Below, in pieces: positions 29,233-39,328 of a DNA stretch of 64,000 nucleotides. Position 1 is the first letter of the stretch, and each line of letters begins with the position of its first letter. Origin of the DNA: Candidatus Latescibacterota bacterium (GTDB lineage Bacteria; Latescibacterota; UBA2968; GCA-2709665); NCBI GenBank assembly GCA_965237675.1, contig OZ250150.1, forward strand, positions 3,904,001 through 3,968,000, read 5' to 3'. Position numbers and translations under genes: made by a program. Below the pieces are notes generated by a model. That model was not told the origin of the DNA. It searched no databases and saw only the letters and a program-made list of their open reading frames with translations.

Positions 29233-30486
29233 ATGTCGATGCAACAACCCGACGTCAGGCGGCGAATGCGGGTTCGGCATACGGATTGGGGAGATGCTGT
29301 ACGCATTGATCTCAATCAACTGGGTGCACGGTTGCCGTCGCACAGCACGGACGGCGTGACATGGTCGGAAGCAACCAGCGAGGCTTTGCGGGACGAATGG
29401 TCGGAATCCCAGAACGAGGCGCTGTGCGACTCGATGACGGAGGTTGCTGCCGGTATGGGAGGGGGATTCGATTCGTTTGCCGAGTGGACGGTGTTGCACA
29501 ACAAGCTGTACGACGGCACGCACATGCGCGATGTGCGTCGGGCGCGGTTCACCCGGGGGTACCGCGCGGCGATCACGACGCTCGGCTGGGCGCATCCGAA
29601 GACCTTGCTTTCGACATGCATTCAGGCGGTGGGTTACGTGCCAAAAGATCGCGTGGAGTTCGAGCAGACCGCGTGGCGGCCGGAGTCAATGTACGATACC
29701 GAGTTCATGGCGCTTTCGCCGGCCGTGGTGACGAGGTTCGGCGGAGGTCGGCAGATACACCTGTCGGGTGTTGTGGCGTGGGACAAGGAAATCAATCCGC
29801 TATTCGAAGGGCAGCCGGAACGTCAGATTACCCACGTATTCGACCTCATTCAGGGTGTATTCGAGGAAGGCGGCGGAACGCTGTCCGACGTGGTCCGCCT
29901 GCGTCCATTCGCCCACTCAACCGACATTGCGAAGATTATCCGGTGCGAAGTGAACCGGCGCTGGGCCGGCCTCCCAGGGCCCGTCGTGCTGATGTCGGAC
30001 AGCCGGCGCTTTGGCGACCCGCCGAGGCTCTACACGGAAATTCAGGTCATGGGCGTCATGTCGGATGACCGGTTTGAGGTGGGGCACTCCGAAATTGAAC
30101 TTCCTCCGGGGGTACTGGACGACGGCACCACGGGGATTCGCAGCAGTCGTGCCCGCGACTGGGAACTGATTCAGGTGGGCGAACTGCGTGCGGCGCCGGG
30201 TGCGGGCCCCGCCCAGGAGGCGGAGCAGTTGGCCGCGCAAATGGCCGCTGTCCTCGAGCATGCCTCGCTCACACCAGACGACGTCTGCCTGACGTTTGCC
30301 TATATCAGTTCGCTTGAGATTGCCGGTGCGTTTTCGAAAGCTGTACCTCAGGCGGCGCCGTTGGACACGTTGCACGTGTTGCCGTGCCCCGCAATGCCGG
30401 AATTGGAGGGCCGTCATATCAAGGTTGAGATGACGGCAAGGAGACTCCTGAAGCCGGTCTCCCGGACGGGTTCCGGGGCGCTCTGA
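29233..30486 (+). CDS. Multidomain RidA/YjgF-like protein, apparently three tandem Rid-fold units
   Basis: Middle unit IHLSGVVA...QI..VF..I..V.EEGGG.LSDVVRL...YTEIQVMG; third unit L..ASL.PDDV...IKVEMTA; first unit degenerate. Confidence 0.6.
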   Translation: MSMQQPDVRRRMRVRHTDWGDAVRIDLNQLGARLPSHSTDGVTWSEATSEALRDEWSESQNEALCDSMTEVAAGMGGGFDSFAEWTVLHNKLYDGTHMRDVRRARFTRGYRAAITTLGWAHPKTLLSTCIQAVGYVPKDRVEFEQTAWRPESMYDTEFMALSPAVVTRFGGGRQIHLSGVVAWDKEINPLFEGQPERQITHVFDLIQGVFEEGGGTLSDVVRLRPFAHSTDIAKIIRCEVNRRWAGLPGPVVLMSDSRRFGDPPRLYTEIQVMGVMSDDRFEVGHSEIELPPGVLDDGTTGIRSSRARDWELIQVGELRAAPGAGPAQEAEQLAAQMAAVLEHASLTPDDVCLTFAYISSLEIAGAFSKAVPQAAPLDTLHVLPCPAMPELEGRHIKVEMTARRLLKPVSRTGSGAL

Positions 30487-30610
30487 GGAGAACGACGACA
30501 ACCTGCCGATCATCGCAGGTTTCGCCCGGTCCATACTGGAACGAACATCGACACTAACCGGTCTAATATAATGAAGTGTGTGCCTCCGACAACCCCATAA
30601 AGGTCCGGAA

Positions 30611-31501
30611 ATGCGTATAAGCGCAACGGGTTTAACGAAAATCTATCCGAAGGGGACCGTGCCCGCGCTGGATCGTGTGGACCTGGAGATCGGACGGGGG
30701 ACATTCGGGATCCTGGGTCCGAACGGTGCGGGAAAAACCACGCTCATCAAGATTCTTTCAACCCAAATGGAGCCAACGGCAGGTCAGGCAAGAATCGGTG
30801 CGTGGGACCTGCAGCGCAACCGTTCCGAAGTGCGTCGCAGGCTGGGTTATCTTCCGCAACACTTCGGGGCATATCCGCAACTGACAGCGTGGGAATTTCT
30901 GGACTATATGGACCGGCTGGCGGACGGGCGCCGTCGGGGCGGAAAGAGGGAACGGGTGCGGGATGCACTTGAGAGCGTCGGGCTCTACGGCGCGCGCAAC
31001 CGGCGAACCGGCACGTTCTCCGGCGGAATGATGCGGCGGCTTGGCATTGCGCAGGCCATTGTCGGTAATCCTGAGATCCTGATTGTGGATGAGCCTACCG
31101 TGGGGCTCGACCCGGAAGAACGCATACGCTTTCGGAGGATTCTCGCCCGGTTGAGTCGAGATCGGACAATCTTGATTTCCACCCATATTGTGGGTGATGT
31201 CTCGAGTACGTGCGATGATCTGGCCGTACTGGATGCCGGGCGGGTCGTCTACAGGGGTTCTCCCGCGACGCTAGTAACGCGCGCAAAGGGCAAGACCTGG
31301 CGGGTGCAGGCGGACGACGCCGGTTTCGAAACGCTCTCCAAACGGTTTCTGGTCGTGACGGTTGCCGTGGACGGAGACCTGTTGGATCTCCGGATTGTGG
31401 GCGACGGCGATCCTCCTGCCAATGCGGAACCGGTTCCGCCAAATCTTGAAGATGCGTATGTCTATTTTATGGGTATGGAGAATATGGAAAGGGCGGCGTG
31501 A
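30611..31501 (+). CDS. ABC transporter ATP-binding protein (ABC-2/multidrug type)
   Basis: GPNGAGKTT, GYLPQ, FSGGM, IVDEPTVGLDP, STH, LEDAY. Confidence 0.95.
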   Translation: MRISATGLTKIYPKGTVPALDRVDLEIGRGTFGILGPNGAGKTTLIKILSTQMEPTAGQARIGAWDLQRNRSEVRRRLGYLPQHFGAYPQLTAWEFLDYMDRLADGRRRGGKRERVRDALESVGLYGARNRRTGTFSGGMMRRLGIAQAIVGNPEILIVDEPTVGLDPEERIRFRRILARLSRDRTILISTHIVGDVSSTCDDLAVLDAGRVVYRGSPATLVTRAKGKTWRVQADDAGFETLSKRFLVVTVAVDGDLLDLRIVGDGDPPANAEPVPPNLEDAYVYFMGMENMERAA

Positions 31502-31513
31502 GTCGCATTGAGG

Positions 31514-34500
31514 ATGGATACGGCTTTTACCATATTGTCGGTTGCCTGGTATGAACGCAAAATGCTGATGCGGACGACCAGGTTTCGCATTCTGGGCGGT
31601 ATTGGGGTACTCATCCCCGCTGTTCTCGGCGTTGGCTTGGCAATCGCGGAAGCCAGGGGCGTCGAATTCGAATCTGTCAGCGGAATTGGTGCCTATATGC
31701 CCTTTTTCGTTTACAGTTTTCTGCAGACCGTCGTGATCGCGTTTGTTGTGGGAGATTTCCGCGCTGCGGATGAGCGGGCTGGAATCTATGAGGTGGTTGC
31801 GGCCCGGCCGCTGTCTACGGCCGAACTGGTGATGGGCAAATACCTGGGTGTTCTGGGCGCGCTGTTCACGCTGAGCATGGTTGTGCTGGTGCTCAGCCTC
31901 GGAGTTCATGCGGCTAAAATCAGCATTACGGGTGCTCCGTTTGACATTCGACCCTACCTGGCGTACCTGCTGCTGCTGAACCTGCCGGGGCTCATTTATA
32001 TGTCCGCCCTCACGTTCTTTCTTGGAGCCGTGTTACGTCGGCAGGCTGCAGTGACGGTGCTGACCATCGCGTATGTCCTGATTGTACTCTTGTTTCTCGG
32101 ACGCCGATACGGGGGCATTTACGATTTCGGCGCATTTTTCGCCCCCGTGTTCTATTCGGATATGCTCGGGCTTGGCGACATCCGGCGGGTTGTGGAAATC
32201 CGGTTCTTCTACATGATGGTTGCCATGTTTTTCTTCGGTCTGTCAATCGACAGGTATCCGCGCCTGCCGCAATCCAGGTCCTGGCGCAGGTTTGGCCGGT
32301 GTCTGACCGCGGGCGGTTTCGTCGCCGCGCTGGGGTTGTTCCTTTATATGGAGAATCTGGACGCGACCGACCTCGACTACAGGTCGGCGCACCTGGAATT
32401 TCAGGAAAGATACGCCGAACAGCCAACGGTTGCAGTAACGCATTACACCCTCGATCTGGACCTGGCGACCGACCGGGCGCCGCTGCTTGGCAGGGCGGTC
32501 CTGCAAGTCTTGAACCCTCATCCCATACCCCTGGATACCCTGGTTTTCAGTCTCAACCCGGGATTGCGTTTGCGGTCTGTGGGCACACAGCAGGAAGGGG
32601 GCGTTAATGTCAACTGGCGTCGCGATTTCTCAACCGTGCGGGTCGTGCGCCAACTGCAACCCGATAGTCTGGCTACACTGGTTTTTGTATACGACGGGTG
32701 GATTGATCGCAGCGGATTCGACCTGAGGCGTCATCCGGACACAAGGCGTCTGCAAAAAAGGCGTTCGGGGCCGGGAACAAAAGGTGATCTGACCGCCTGG
32801 ATTCACCACGATTCCGTATTTCTGCCGCCTCGCAGCCGGTGGTATCCCACGCCGGGCGTGGATTACGGCCATCAGGATGGCAGACCCTTTTCCTTCGCAA
32901 CGGCAGACCTCAACATTTCTCTTCCCGCCGGGCTGGAAATTGCAACCCAGGGTGTGCCGGTTAACAGAGAACAACTGCGTAAACGGGAGATCCATACATG
33001 GAAAGTGGAAACCCCGGTACCCGTTCTTTCGCTCAATGCCGGCGTCTATCGTGTTTTTCGGGCTCGAATTCATGATATCGACTGTGCTATTTATGTGCAT
33101 CCGGCCCACGCCAGGCAGGTCACCTTTTTCGAAGACGCAAAAGATGACGCCATTAAAACCCTGGGCGAAATCCTGGATAGCGTTGAGCAGGAGACCAGTC
33201 TGGCTTACCCCTATCAACGGCTTTCGGTAGTGGAGGTGCCATTTCAGATACAATGGTATTACGACGGATGGGAGGAAGCGGGTGGATTGGTACAGCCCGG
33301 CGTGCTGATGCTGGAAGAGGATGTCCTGATGCGGTTGAAGTTACGCCAGCGGCTGAAGTGGATGCAGCGGCGGCAACGGCGAAACGACGACCCGTCGCGA
33401 GTCAAGCGGGATCTGCTGGTCAGCACGGTCCTGAACACGTTTCTCGCGAGGGAATCGGCTCAGAGTGGAATATATCGGAGTCCTGTTGCGCAACTCTGGT
33501 CGTTCAACAAGGGATTCGAAGGCGAACACTATTCCCTGCTCAAGCGCGGAATGCCAGTCTATATGCAGAAGCATCTCGGAACCAATTTACAGCAGACGTT
33601 CTATTCGCGGCGGGGCCGGTTTCGCGGGCGGTTCCGGCGAGAAAGAGGCGTGGGCGGCGTCTCGTGGGATACGATAACCACACGGATGCGGCAGCGTTCC
33701 TTCGCGGAACTGGACCCGAGCGGCGAAGCGGAACTCTACCGCGCGGTCGTCGACGCCAAGGGCGCCTCCATGTTCGGCATGATGCAGGCGGTGGTGGGGG
33801 ACGAGTCATTCCGGGATGTGGTGAGCGGGTTCGATGAGGCGAATCGACACGTCGGGGTTGACTTCGCTTCGTTTGAACAGGCGGCGATCGGGGATTCCTC
33901 ACGCCAGGTGAACAGGCCCATCCTGAATCGCCTGGTCCGCGACTGGCTGCACGGTACGCAGGTGCCGGGATACACACTGACACGGGCAAAAGCATATAAG
34001 GTGGACGATGGGTGGGGTATGCTGACGTATCAGGTCATTGTGCGGATCCGAAACGGTGAACCCGGGCGCGGGTTTGTCCAGATTCGAGCGATGGGCAACG
34101 AGGACGAGGCCGTAAAGGGAGTCGAGATAGAGGGCGGGCAGGAAGTGGAGGTGGGGTTGATCCTATGGGAACGGCCCTTAAGGTTGAGTGTCGAGCCATT
34201 CTTTGCACGCAACCGACGCGTCCTGATGGCGCCGTTGCGAATTCCCGAACAGCCGATGGACGGGTCTGCCACGACCTACGTGAGGGAGGTTGCCCCGGAC
34301 GAGACCGGATTGACGGAGATCATCGTGGACAACGATGATGAAGGATTCGAGATGCCGGTCCGCAGAGTGCGGCGTTATTTGAGGCCGCATTTGAAGGGCG
34401 ACAACTGGCAGGAGCGCCAGATGCCGTTTGCCTTCGGCCGGTATGAGAACAACTTCCGATGGAAGAAACCCGGCGACGGCGCGCAACCCGCCGTTTGGAC

Positions 34501-34885
34501 CGCAAGGTTGCCGCACAGCGGGGATTACGATGTCTACTATTTTTTCGTTCCTTACAGGTTTTCAAGGCGTCTGCGCATGGCATCCGAGTTCAATCTGGCC
34601 GTCTTTCACGGTGAGGCGGTGGATACACTGGCAGTCGAAGCACGCGAACTGAAGGCGGGCTGGAACGTCCTGGGTCGTTATCGGTTCGAGCAGGGGGAAC
34701 TGGCACGCGTCGAATTGTCGGACCGTGCCAATGGGCGCCTGTACGCCGACGCGGTGCGCTGGAGGTACGTCGATCCGGACCATCCCGAGGAGGTATATGA
34801 AGAGGAACTCCCCACTTGGAACTTCGGCCGCCGCCGCAGGGGTGACCGGAGCGGGCGGGAACAAAGGCGCGGAGGACAATGGTAA
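31514..34885 (+). CDS. ABC-2 permease fused to an M1-aminopeptidase-like domain (no HEXXH) and a golvesin-C-like beta-sandwich
   Basis: N-terminal multi-TM with EVVAARPLS..ELVMGKYLG; M1-like HY.LDL, FSLNPGL, WYP, YPY..L.VVEVP; C-terminal IIVDNDDEGF...G.YDVY...GWNVLG.Y.F...YADAVRW. Confidence 0.8.
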   Translation: MDTAFTILSVAWYERKMLMRTTRFRILGGIGVLIPAVLGVGLAIAEARGVEFESVSGIGAYMPFFVYSFLQTVVIAFVVGDFRAADERAGIYEVVAARPLSTAELVMGKYLGVLGALFTLSMVVLVLSLGVHAAKISITGAPFDIRPYLAYLLLLNLPGLIYMSALTFFLGAVLRRQAAVTVLTIAYVLIVLLFLGRRYGGIYDFGAFFAPVFYSDMLGLGDIRRVVEIRFFYMMVAMFFFGLSIDRYPRLPQSRSWRRFGRCLTAGGFVAALGLFLYMENLDATDLDYRSAHLEFQERYAEQPTVAVTHYTLDLDLATDRAPLLGRAVLQVLNPHPIPLDTLVFSLNPGLRLRSVGTQQEGGVNVNWRRDFSTVRVVRQLQPDSLATLVFVYDGWIDRSGFDLRRHPDTRRLQKRRSGPGTKGDLTAWIHHDSVFLPPRSRWYPTPGVDYGHQDGRPFSFATADLNISLPAGLEIATQGVPVNREQLRKREIHTWKVETPVPVLSLNAGVYRVFRARIHDIDCAIYVHPAHARQVTFFEDAKDDAIKTLGEILDSVEQETSLAYPYQRLSVVEVPFQIQWYYDGWEEAGGLVQPGVLMLEEDVLMRLKLRQRLKWMQRRQRRNDDPSRVKRDLLVSTVLNTFLARESAQSGIYRSPVAQLWSFNKGFEGEHYSLLKRGMPVYMQKHLGTNLQQTFYSRRGRFRGRFRRERGVGGVSWDTITTRMRQRSFAELDPSGEAELYRAVVDAKGASMFGMMQAVVGDESFRDVVSGFDEANRHVGVDFASFEQAAIGDSSRQVNRPILNRLVRDWLHGTQVPGYTLTRAKAYKVDDGWGMLTYQVIVRIRNGEPGRGFVQIRAMGNEDEAVKGVEIEGGQEVEVGLILWERPLRLSVEPFFARNRRVLMAPLRIPEQPMDGSATTYVREVAPDETGLTEIIVDNDDEGFEMPVRRVRRYLRPHLKGDNWQERQMPFAFGRYENNFRWKKPGDGAQPAVWTARLPHSGDYDVYYFFVPYRFSRRLRMASEFNLAVFHGEAVDTLAVEARELKAGWNVLGRYRFEQGELARVELSDRANGRLYADAVRWRYVDPDHPEEVYEEELPTWNFGRRRRGDRSGREQRRGGQW

Positions 34886-36006
34886 TTAACTGCGTATCAA
34901 GGGCATATAACTTTTTGGTGAGGTTTGTTTTGAATCGACGATTTTCTGAATTCTGGGTGCTATTCAGCGCTGTTTCCGTGCTGTCCGGTTGCGGCGGGCA
35001 AACCGAGCAGCGGTCCGTGGATCTGACAGTTCCGGTAACGGTTCAGGCTGTGAGGCTGGATACAATGGAGGCGACGGTGGCCGCCACGGGCACGCTCCGC
35101 TCCATAAAAGAGGCTCGAATTCAAACTGAGGTCGAGGGCATTATTCGATTTGTCGGCCGGGACGGTTGGGGAAGGCCAACCGAAGGCTTGCGGGTTTCCC
35201 GAAACCAGGTGATTGCCAGCCTGGTGAACAAGGAGCTTGTTGTGAACGCCCGGCTGGAATCCCGGGAGCTTGCGCGGGCCACTGCGAAGCGAACGCTGCG
35301 CGAACAGGAGGTACTTGTTGAGCGCAAGCTGAGCACACGGAGAGATCTGGAAGAAGCACGCCACGCCCTTGCCGAAGCCGAATCAAACTATGAAGACGCC
35401 ATCGTTCAGATCGCCAAGACAACGATTCGGACACCTATCGCCGGGTTTTTGACGGGCCTGGCCGATATTACCGAAGGTACACTGGTCGACGCCCGTACGA
35501 CCATCGCGACGGTGATGGATTACAGCCAGGTACTCGTCGATCTCAAAATACCGAATGCCTATATTTCTTCGGTGATGCCGGGCCAGGTTGTGCGAGTGGA
35601 GAACTATGCGTTGCCCAACCGACTGTTCTTTGGCACCATCAAGGTGGTGGACCCGGCCATCGATCCGACGACCCGTACGTTCCGGGTGGTGGGGGCCGTG
35701 GAAAACTCGAACCTGATGTTGCGACCGGGCATGTTCGTGACGGCGGAGATTGTGACGGAGTCACACGAAAACGCCGTGGTCATTCCGCGTCGCTATGTCC
35801 TGACCCGTCAGAATCGCAAGGTCGTGTTCGTTGAAGAGGAGGGGAGGGCGCAGATGCGCAACGTGGAACCGGGGTTGGAGGGGCCGGAGTTGGTCGAAAT
35901 CCTGGAAGGTCTTGAACCTGGAGAGCGCCTGATTACCAGCAACTACGAGACCCTGCGGCCCCGAACGCGCGTCCGGGTAACCGGTGCGGGAGTGCCAGGG
36001 CGGTAA
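34879..36006 (+). CDS. RND efflux periplasmic adaptor (membrane fusion protein)
   Basis: Lipobox-like VLSGC; IRTPIAG, IDPTTRTF.V, LRPGMFV, VEILEGLEPGE. Start uncertain. Confidence 0.9.
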   Translation: MVINCVSRAYNFLVRFVLNRRFSEFWVLFSAVSVLSGCGGQTEQRSVDLTVPVTVQAVRLDTMEATVAATGTLRSIKEARIQTEVEGIIRFVGRDGWGRPTEGLRVSRNQVIASLVNKELVVNARLESRELARATAKRTLREQEVLVERKLSTRRDLEEARHALAEAESNYEDAIVQIAKTTIRTPIAGFLTGLADITEGTLVDARTTIATVMDYSQVLVDLKIPNAYISSVMPGQVVRVENYALPNRLFFGTIKVVDPAIDPTTRTFRVVGAVENSNLMLRPGMFVTAEIVTESHENAVVIPRRYVLTRQNRKVVFVEEEGRAQMRNVEPGLEGPELVEILEGLEPGERLITSNYETLRPRTRVRVTGAGVPGR

Positions 36007-36244
36007 TGAACACGAGCGCCGGTCGTCCGCGGTCCGAGGAATGGTACCGGCTTGAAAAATCCCATCTGCGCCGATATATCAACGCAAAACACAGTGTGAG
36101 TTCTGAATTGAAGCCCTCTGGGACGCACGGACCGCGTATGCCCCTTCCGGAGGGTCCTTTTTAGGCCTGCGGGTCGGGAAGCGCATTCGCACGAGCAACC
36201 AGCGATAAGACACCTGGCCACATCCTTTTCAAAGAGTTGAATCG

Positions 36245-39200
36245 ATGTCATTGCCCGAATTTTCGACAAAGTATCCCGTGACGGTTGCGATGGCCACGCT
36301 GGCGGTAGCGCTCCTGGGTTGGATCTCGCTGGCGCGGCTGGACGTGGATCTGTTGCCCGACCTGCGTTCTCCCGTGATAACCGTCGATTTGCGTTTTCCG
36401 GGAAAGACGCCCATGGAGATGGAAGAGCGTTACGCGCGAAGGCTCGAAGGGGATATCGGTACGGTCCGCCACGTCAAACGTGTACATTCCGTGTCTCGCT
36501 CCGGACAAGCCGTGGTGATCGCGGAATTTGAATGGGATGCGGATATGGATTTCGCCCTGCTCGATGTACAAAAGAAAGTGGGGCGGTACGCAGCGGATCC
36601 CGATATCACGAGTCTGGACGTTACACAGGAAGACCCCCATGCGCTGCCGGTGATGCGTCTGGCCGTCTACGGAGCGGATTGGCAGGATCCGGACGAACTG
36701 CTGGGTAGCGTGGAAACGGTGATCAGGCCGAAACTGGAAGGGTTTCCGGGGGTGGCTTCAGTCGAAATCGAAGGGGGGGCCGAGAAAGAGATTCGTGTCA
36801 CGCTGGATTCCTATCTCCTGGAGGCCTTTGGCGTTGGTTCCGAAACGGTCGTCTCGAGGATTCGTGAGGCGAATGCGGATGTCTCCGGGGGAACGTTGAA
36901 GGATGGGCAACGTACCTATCTGGTCAAGGGTCTGGGACGTCTGACCGATTTGCAGGACGTGAACAACCTGGTGGTGGGCGAGCGCAGGGGCGGCGCCACC
37001 AACGGCCAGGAAGACGCCCCCACCCAGCGCGTACCCGTCACCGTGGCCGATGTGGGCACTGTGGCGTTACGTTACATGGAGCGGGAAACCATTGTGCGCC
37101 TCGATGGTATGGAGTGCGTGGGCCTTTCCGTATACAAGGAAGCGGGCGCGAATACGTCGGCGGTGGTCAACGGGGTTCTTCGAGAATTGGAAGGCCTGGA
37201 GGCAGATCTGGCGGGCGTCCGGTTTACCGTGGTGGAGAATCAGGCACGCTTTGTCGAGCGAGCGGTAAACGAAGTGGAAGAAGCGGCCGTGCTCGGCGCG
37301 TTGCTGGCCCTTGGCGTGCTGCTGGCTGCGCTCCGGCAGTGGACGGCCACACTGGTCATCGGCCTGGCCATTCCAATTTCCGTACTGGCCACCTTCACGC
37401 TGATGTACTTCCAGGGTTTGACGTTGAATGTGATGACCCTGGGCGGGTTGGCGCTAGGCGCTGGCATGCTGGTTGACAATGCCATTGTGGTGATTGAAAA
37501 CATCTACCGGCATATCGAACGGGGAGAAACAGCCGCCGAAGCCTCCATCCGAGGTGCGGGCGAGGTCGGTGTGGCCATTCTGGCTTCCACACTTACCACG
37601 GTGTCCGTGTTTCTGCCCATCGTCTATCTTCACGGGTTGGCCGGCGAACTCTTCAAGGAGCAGGCGTGGACGGTCGCGTTTTCGCTGATTTCGTCTCTGG
37701 TGGTGGCCATGACGCTGGTCCCGATGTTGACCGCCCGTCTCTTCAGGCGGTTTCCTCGCCGAGCCCCCAGAGCCGCTGGATCAGCCATATTCGGACGATT
37801 TCTGGCAGCATCACTCAACCGTAAGGGCCGCACGATGGCAGTGCTTGTCGCCTTTCTTCTGGCCGCTGTGTACATGGCCCGGTCCATCCATACGTCTTTT
37901 ATTCCCAGGGAAGACGAGGGTGTACTTCACGTGGCCCTCGCGCTGCCGGAGGGCACAAGGCTCGAGTCCACGGACAGGGTGGCGAGACGCGTTGCCGCAA
38001 TCACACAGGCGGTCGCCGGAGAGGAAGCCCTGCACATCTACCTCCGCGCGGGAACCGATTCGAACCGGCTGACGGCCGTGGGCGAACCCTCCGGCCCAAA
38101 CAGGGCCGAGTTGACGGTGGTGCTGGCGCAGCGAACGGACCGCCGTAGTGTCTCCGAACTGACCACCGCGCTGGATACGGCCATTCGGGAAGTGCCGAAT
38201 ATCAAGGTCAACTATCGACTTCAAAAGGCTGCATTAGAAGGACTTATCCGAGGAGATGCCGCTCCGGTTCAAGTCGAGGTGAGCGGCGAGAACCTGGCGT
38301 TACTTCGGGAATTGACGGCAGATCTGAAACGGCGCATGGCGGGGTTGCGCACGGTATATAACGTGCGAACGAGCTTTCAGGATGGTCAGCCCGAAGTGGA
38401 CGTGGTGTTGCGGCCGGACGTCACAGCGGCGTTTGGCCTGACCGCGGAGAATCTGGTGCGCGAACTCGGGCGGAGGCTGGGAGGCGAGATAGTCGGGGAA
38501 CTCTCCAAGGACCAGCGGGCGCGAACCATCCGGGTGGGTTTCGAAGATTTGGATCTTCGTGCGTTGAAACACGCGAGAATTGACGGCCCCGACGGTGCAA
38601 TGCTCACTCTGGGAGATCTCGCCGACCTGCGGGTGGTCCATGGGCCACGGGAGATATTGCGCGACGGGCAGCGTCGGGTGGGCAGGGTATCGGCTTACCT
38701 GACCGAAGGGGTGGTATTGAGCCAGGCGGCGACGCAGATCAGACAGGCGGTGGAACAGATGGCCATTCCGCACGGGTACCGGTTGACGGTTACTGGCGAG
38801 GAACGGGAACGGGCCGAGTCGTTTGCCGGTCTGCAATTCGCCCTGTTACTGTCGGTTGTGCTCGTCTATATGGTAATGGCTTCGCTTTTCGAGTCTTTAC
38901 TCCATCCGTTTACCGTGATGCTGACGGTGCCGCTGGCAGGCATCGGGGTCGTGTTCGCATTTTGGAGTCTTGGAGAGGCGTTTGGCGTGATGGCGTTCAT
39001 CGGAGCGATTATGCTGGGAGGTATCGCCGTGAACGACGCCATTATTCTGGTGGACCGGATCAACCAGCTCCGGCGCGATACGGGCGACTTGAGGACGGCC
39101 GTTCTCCAGGGGGCACAGGATCGGCTGCGTCCGATCCTGATGACCAGCGCCACAACCATTCTGGCGCTGTTGCCCATGGCGGTGGGGGTTGGGGAGGGAG

Positions 39201-39328
39201 CCCGGCTCAGGGCGCCGATGGCGGTGGCGGTTATCGGCGGGTTGGTGACGTCCACGCTGATGACGCTTGTGGTGATTCCGGTCGTTTACGAATTGATCGA
39301 ACGGGTCAGAATCAGGAGGGCGCCGTGA
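36245..39328 (+). CDS. RND permease (AcrB/AcrD/AcrF family)
   Basis: L.VDLLPD...P, GMLVDNAIVVIENI, ASTLTT..VFLP, MASLFES..HP, RLRPILMT, GGL.TST. Confidence 0.95.
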   Translation: MSLPEFSTKYPVTVAMATLAVALLGWISLARLDVDLLPDLRSPVITVDLRFPGKTPMEMEERYARRLEGDIGTVRHVKRVHSVSRSGQAVVIAEFEWDADMDFALLDVQKKVGRYAADPDITSLDVTQEDPHALPVMRLAVYGADWQDPDELLGSVETVIRPKLEGFPGVASVEIEGGAEKEIRVTLDSYLLEAFGVGSETVVSRIREANADVSGGTLKDGQRTYLVKGLGRLTDLQDVNNLVVGERRGGATNGQEDAPTQRVPVTVADVGTVALRYMERETIVRLDGMECVGLSVYKEAGANTSAVVNGVLRELEGLEADLAGVRFTVVENQARFVERAVNEVEEAAVLGALLALGVLLAALRQWTATLVIGLAIPISVLATFTLMYFQGLTLNVMTLGGLALGAGMLVDNAIVVIENIYRHIERGETAAEASIRGAGEVGVAILASTLTTVSVFLPIVYLHGLAGELFKEQAWTVAFSLISSLVVAMTLVPMLTARLFRRFPRRAPRAAGSAIFGRFLAASLNRKGRTMAVLVAFLLAAVYMARSIHTSFIPREDEGVLHVALALPEGTRLESTDRVARRVAAITQAVAGEEALHIYLRAGTDSNRLTAVGEPSGPNRAELTVVLAQRTDRRSVSELTTALDTAIREVPNIKVNYRLQKAALEGLIRGDAAPVQVEVSGENLALLRELTADLKRRMAGLRTVYNVRTSFQDGQPEVDVVLRPDVTAAFGLTAENLVRELGRRLGGEIVGELSKDQRARTIRVGFEDLDLRALKHARIDGPDGAMLTLGDLADLRVVHGPREILRDGQRRVGRVSAYLTEGVVLSQAATQIRQAVEQMAIPHGYRLTVTGEERERAESFAGLQFALLLSVVLVYMVMASLFESLLHPFTVMLTVPLAGIGVVFAFWSLGEAFGVMAFIGAIMLGGIAVNDAIILVDRINQLRRDTGDLRTAVLQGAQDRLRPILMTSATTILALLPMAVGVGEGARLRAPMAVAVIGGLVTSTLMTLVVIPVVYELIERVRIRRAP

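Noticed and set aside
38962-39324. N-terminal extension of the RND-ATPase ORF in the ORF track
   Set aside because: It overlaps the upstream RND gene out of frame. The real start is GTG 39325, with an AGGAGG RBS and a typical RND N-terminus.
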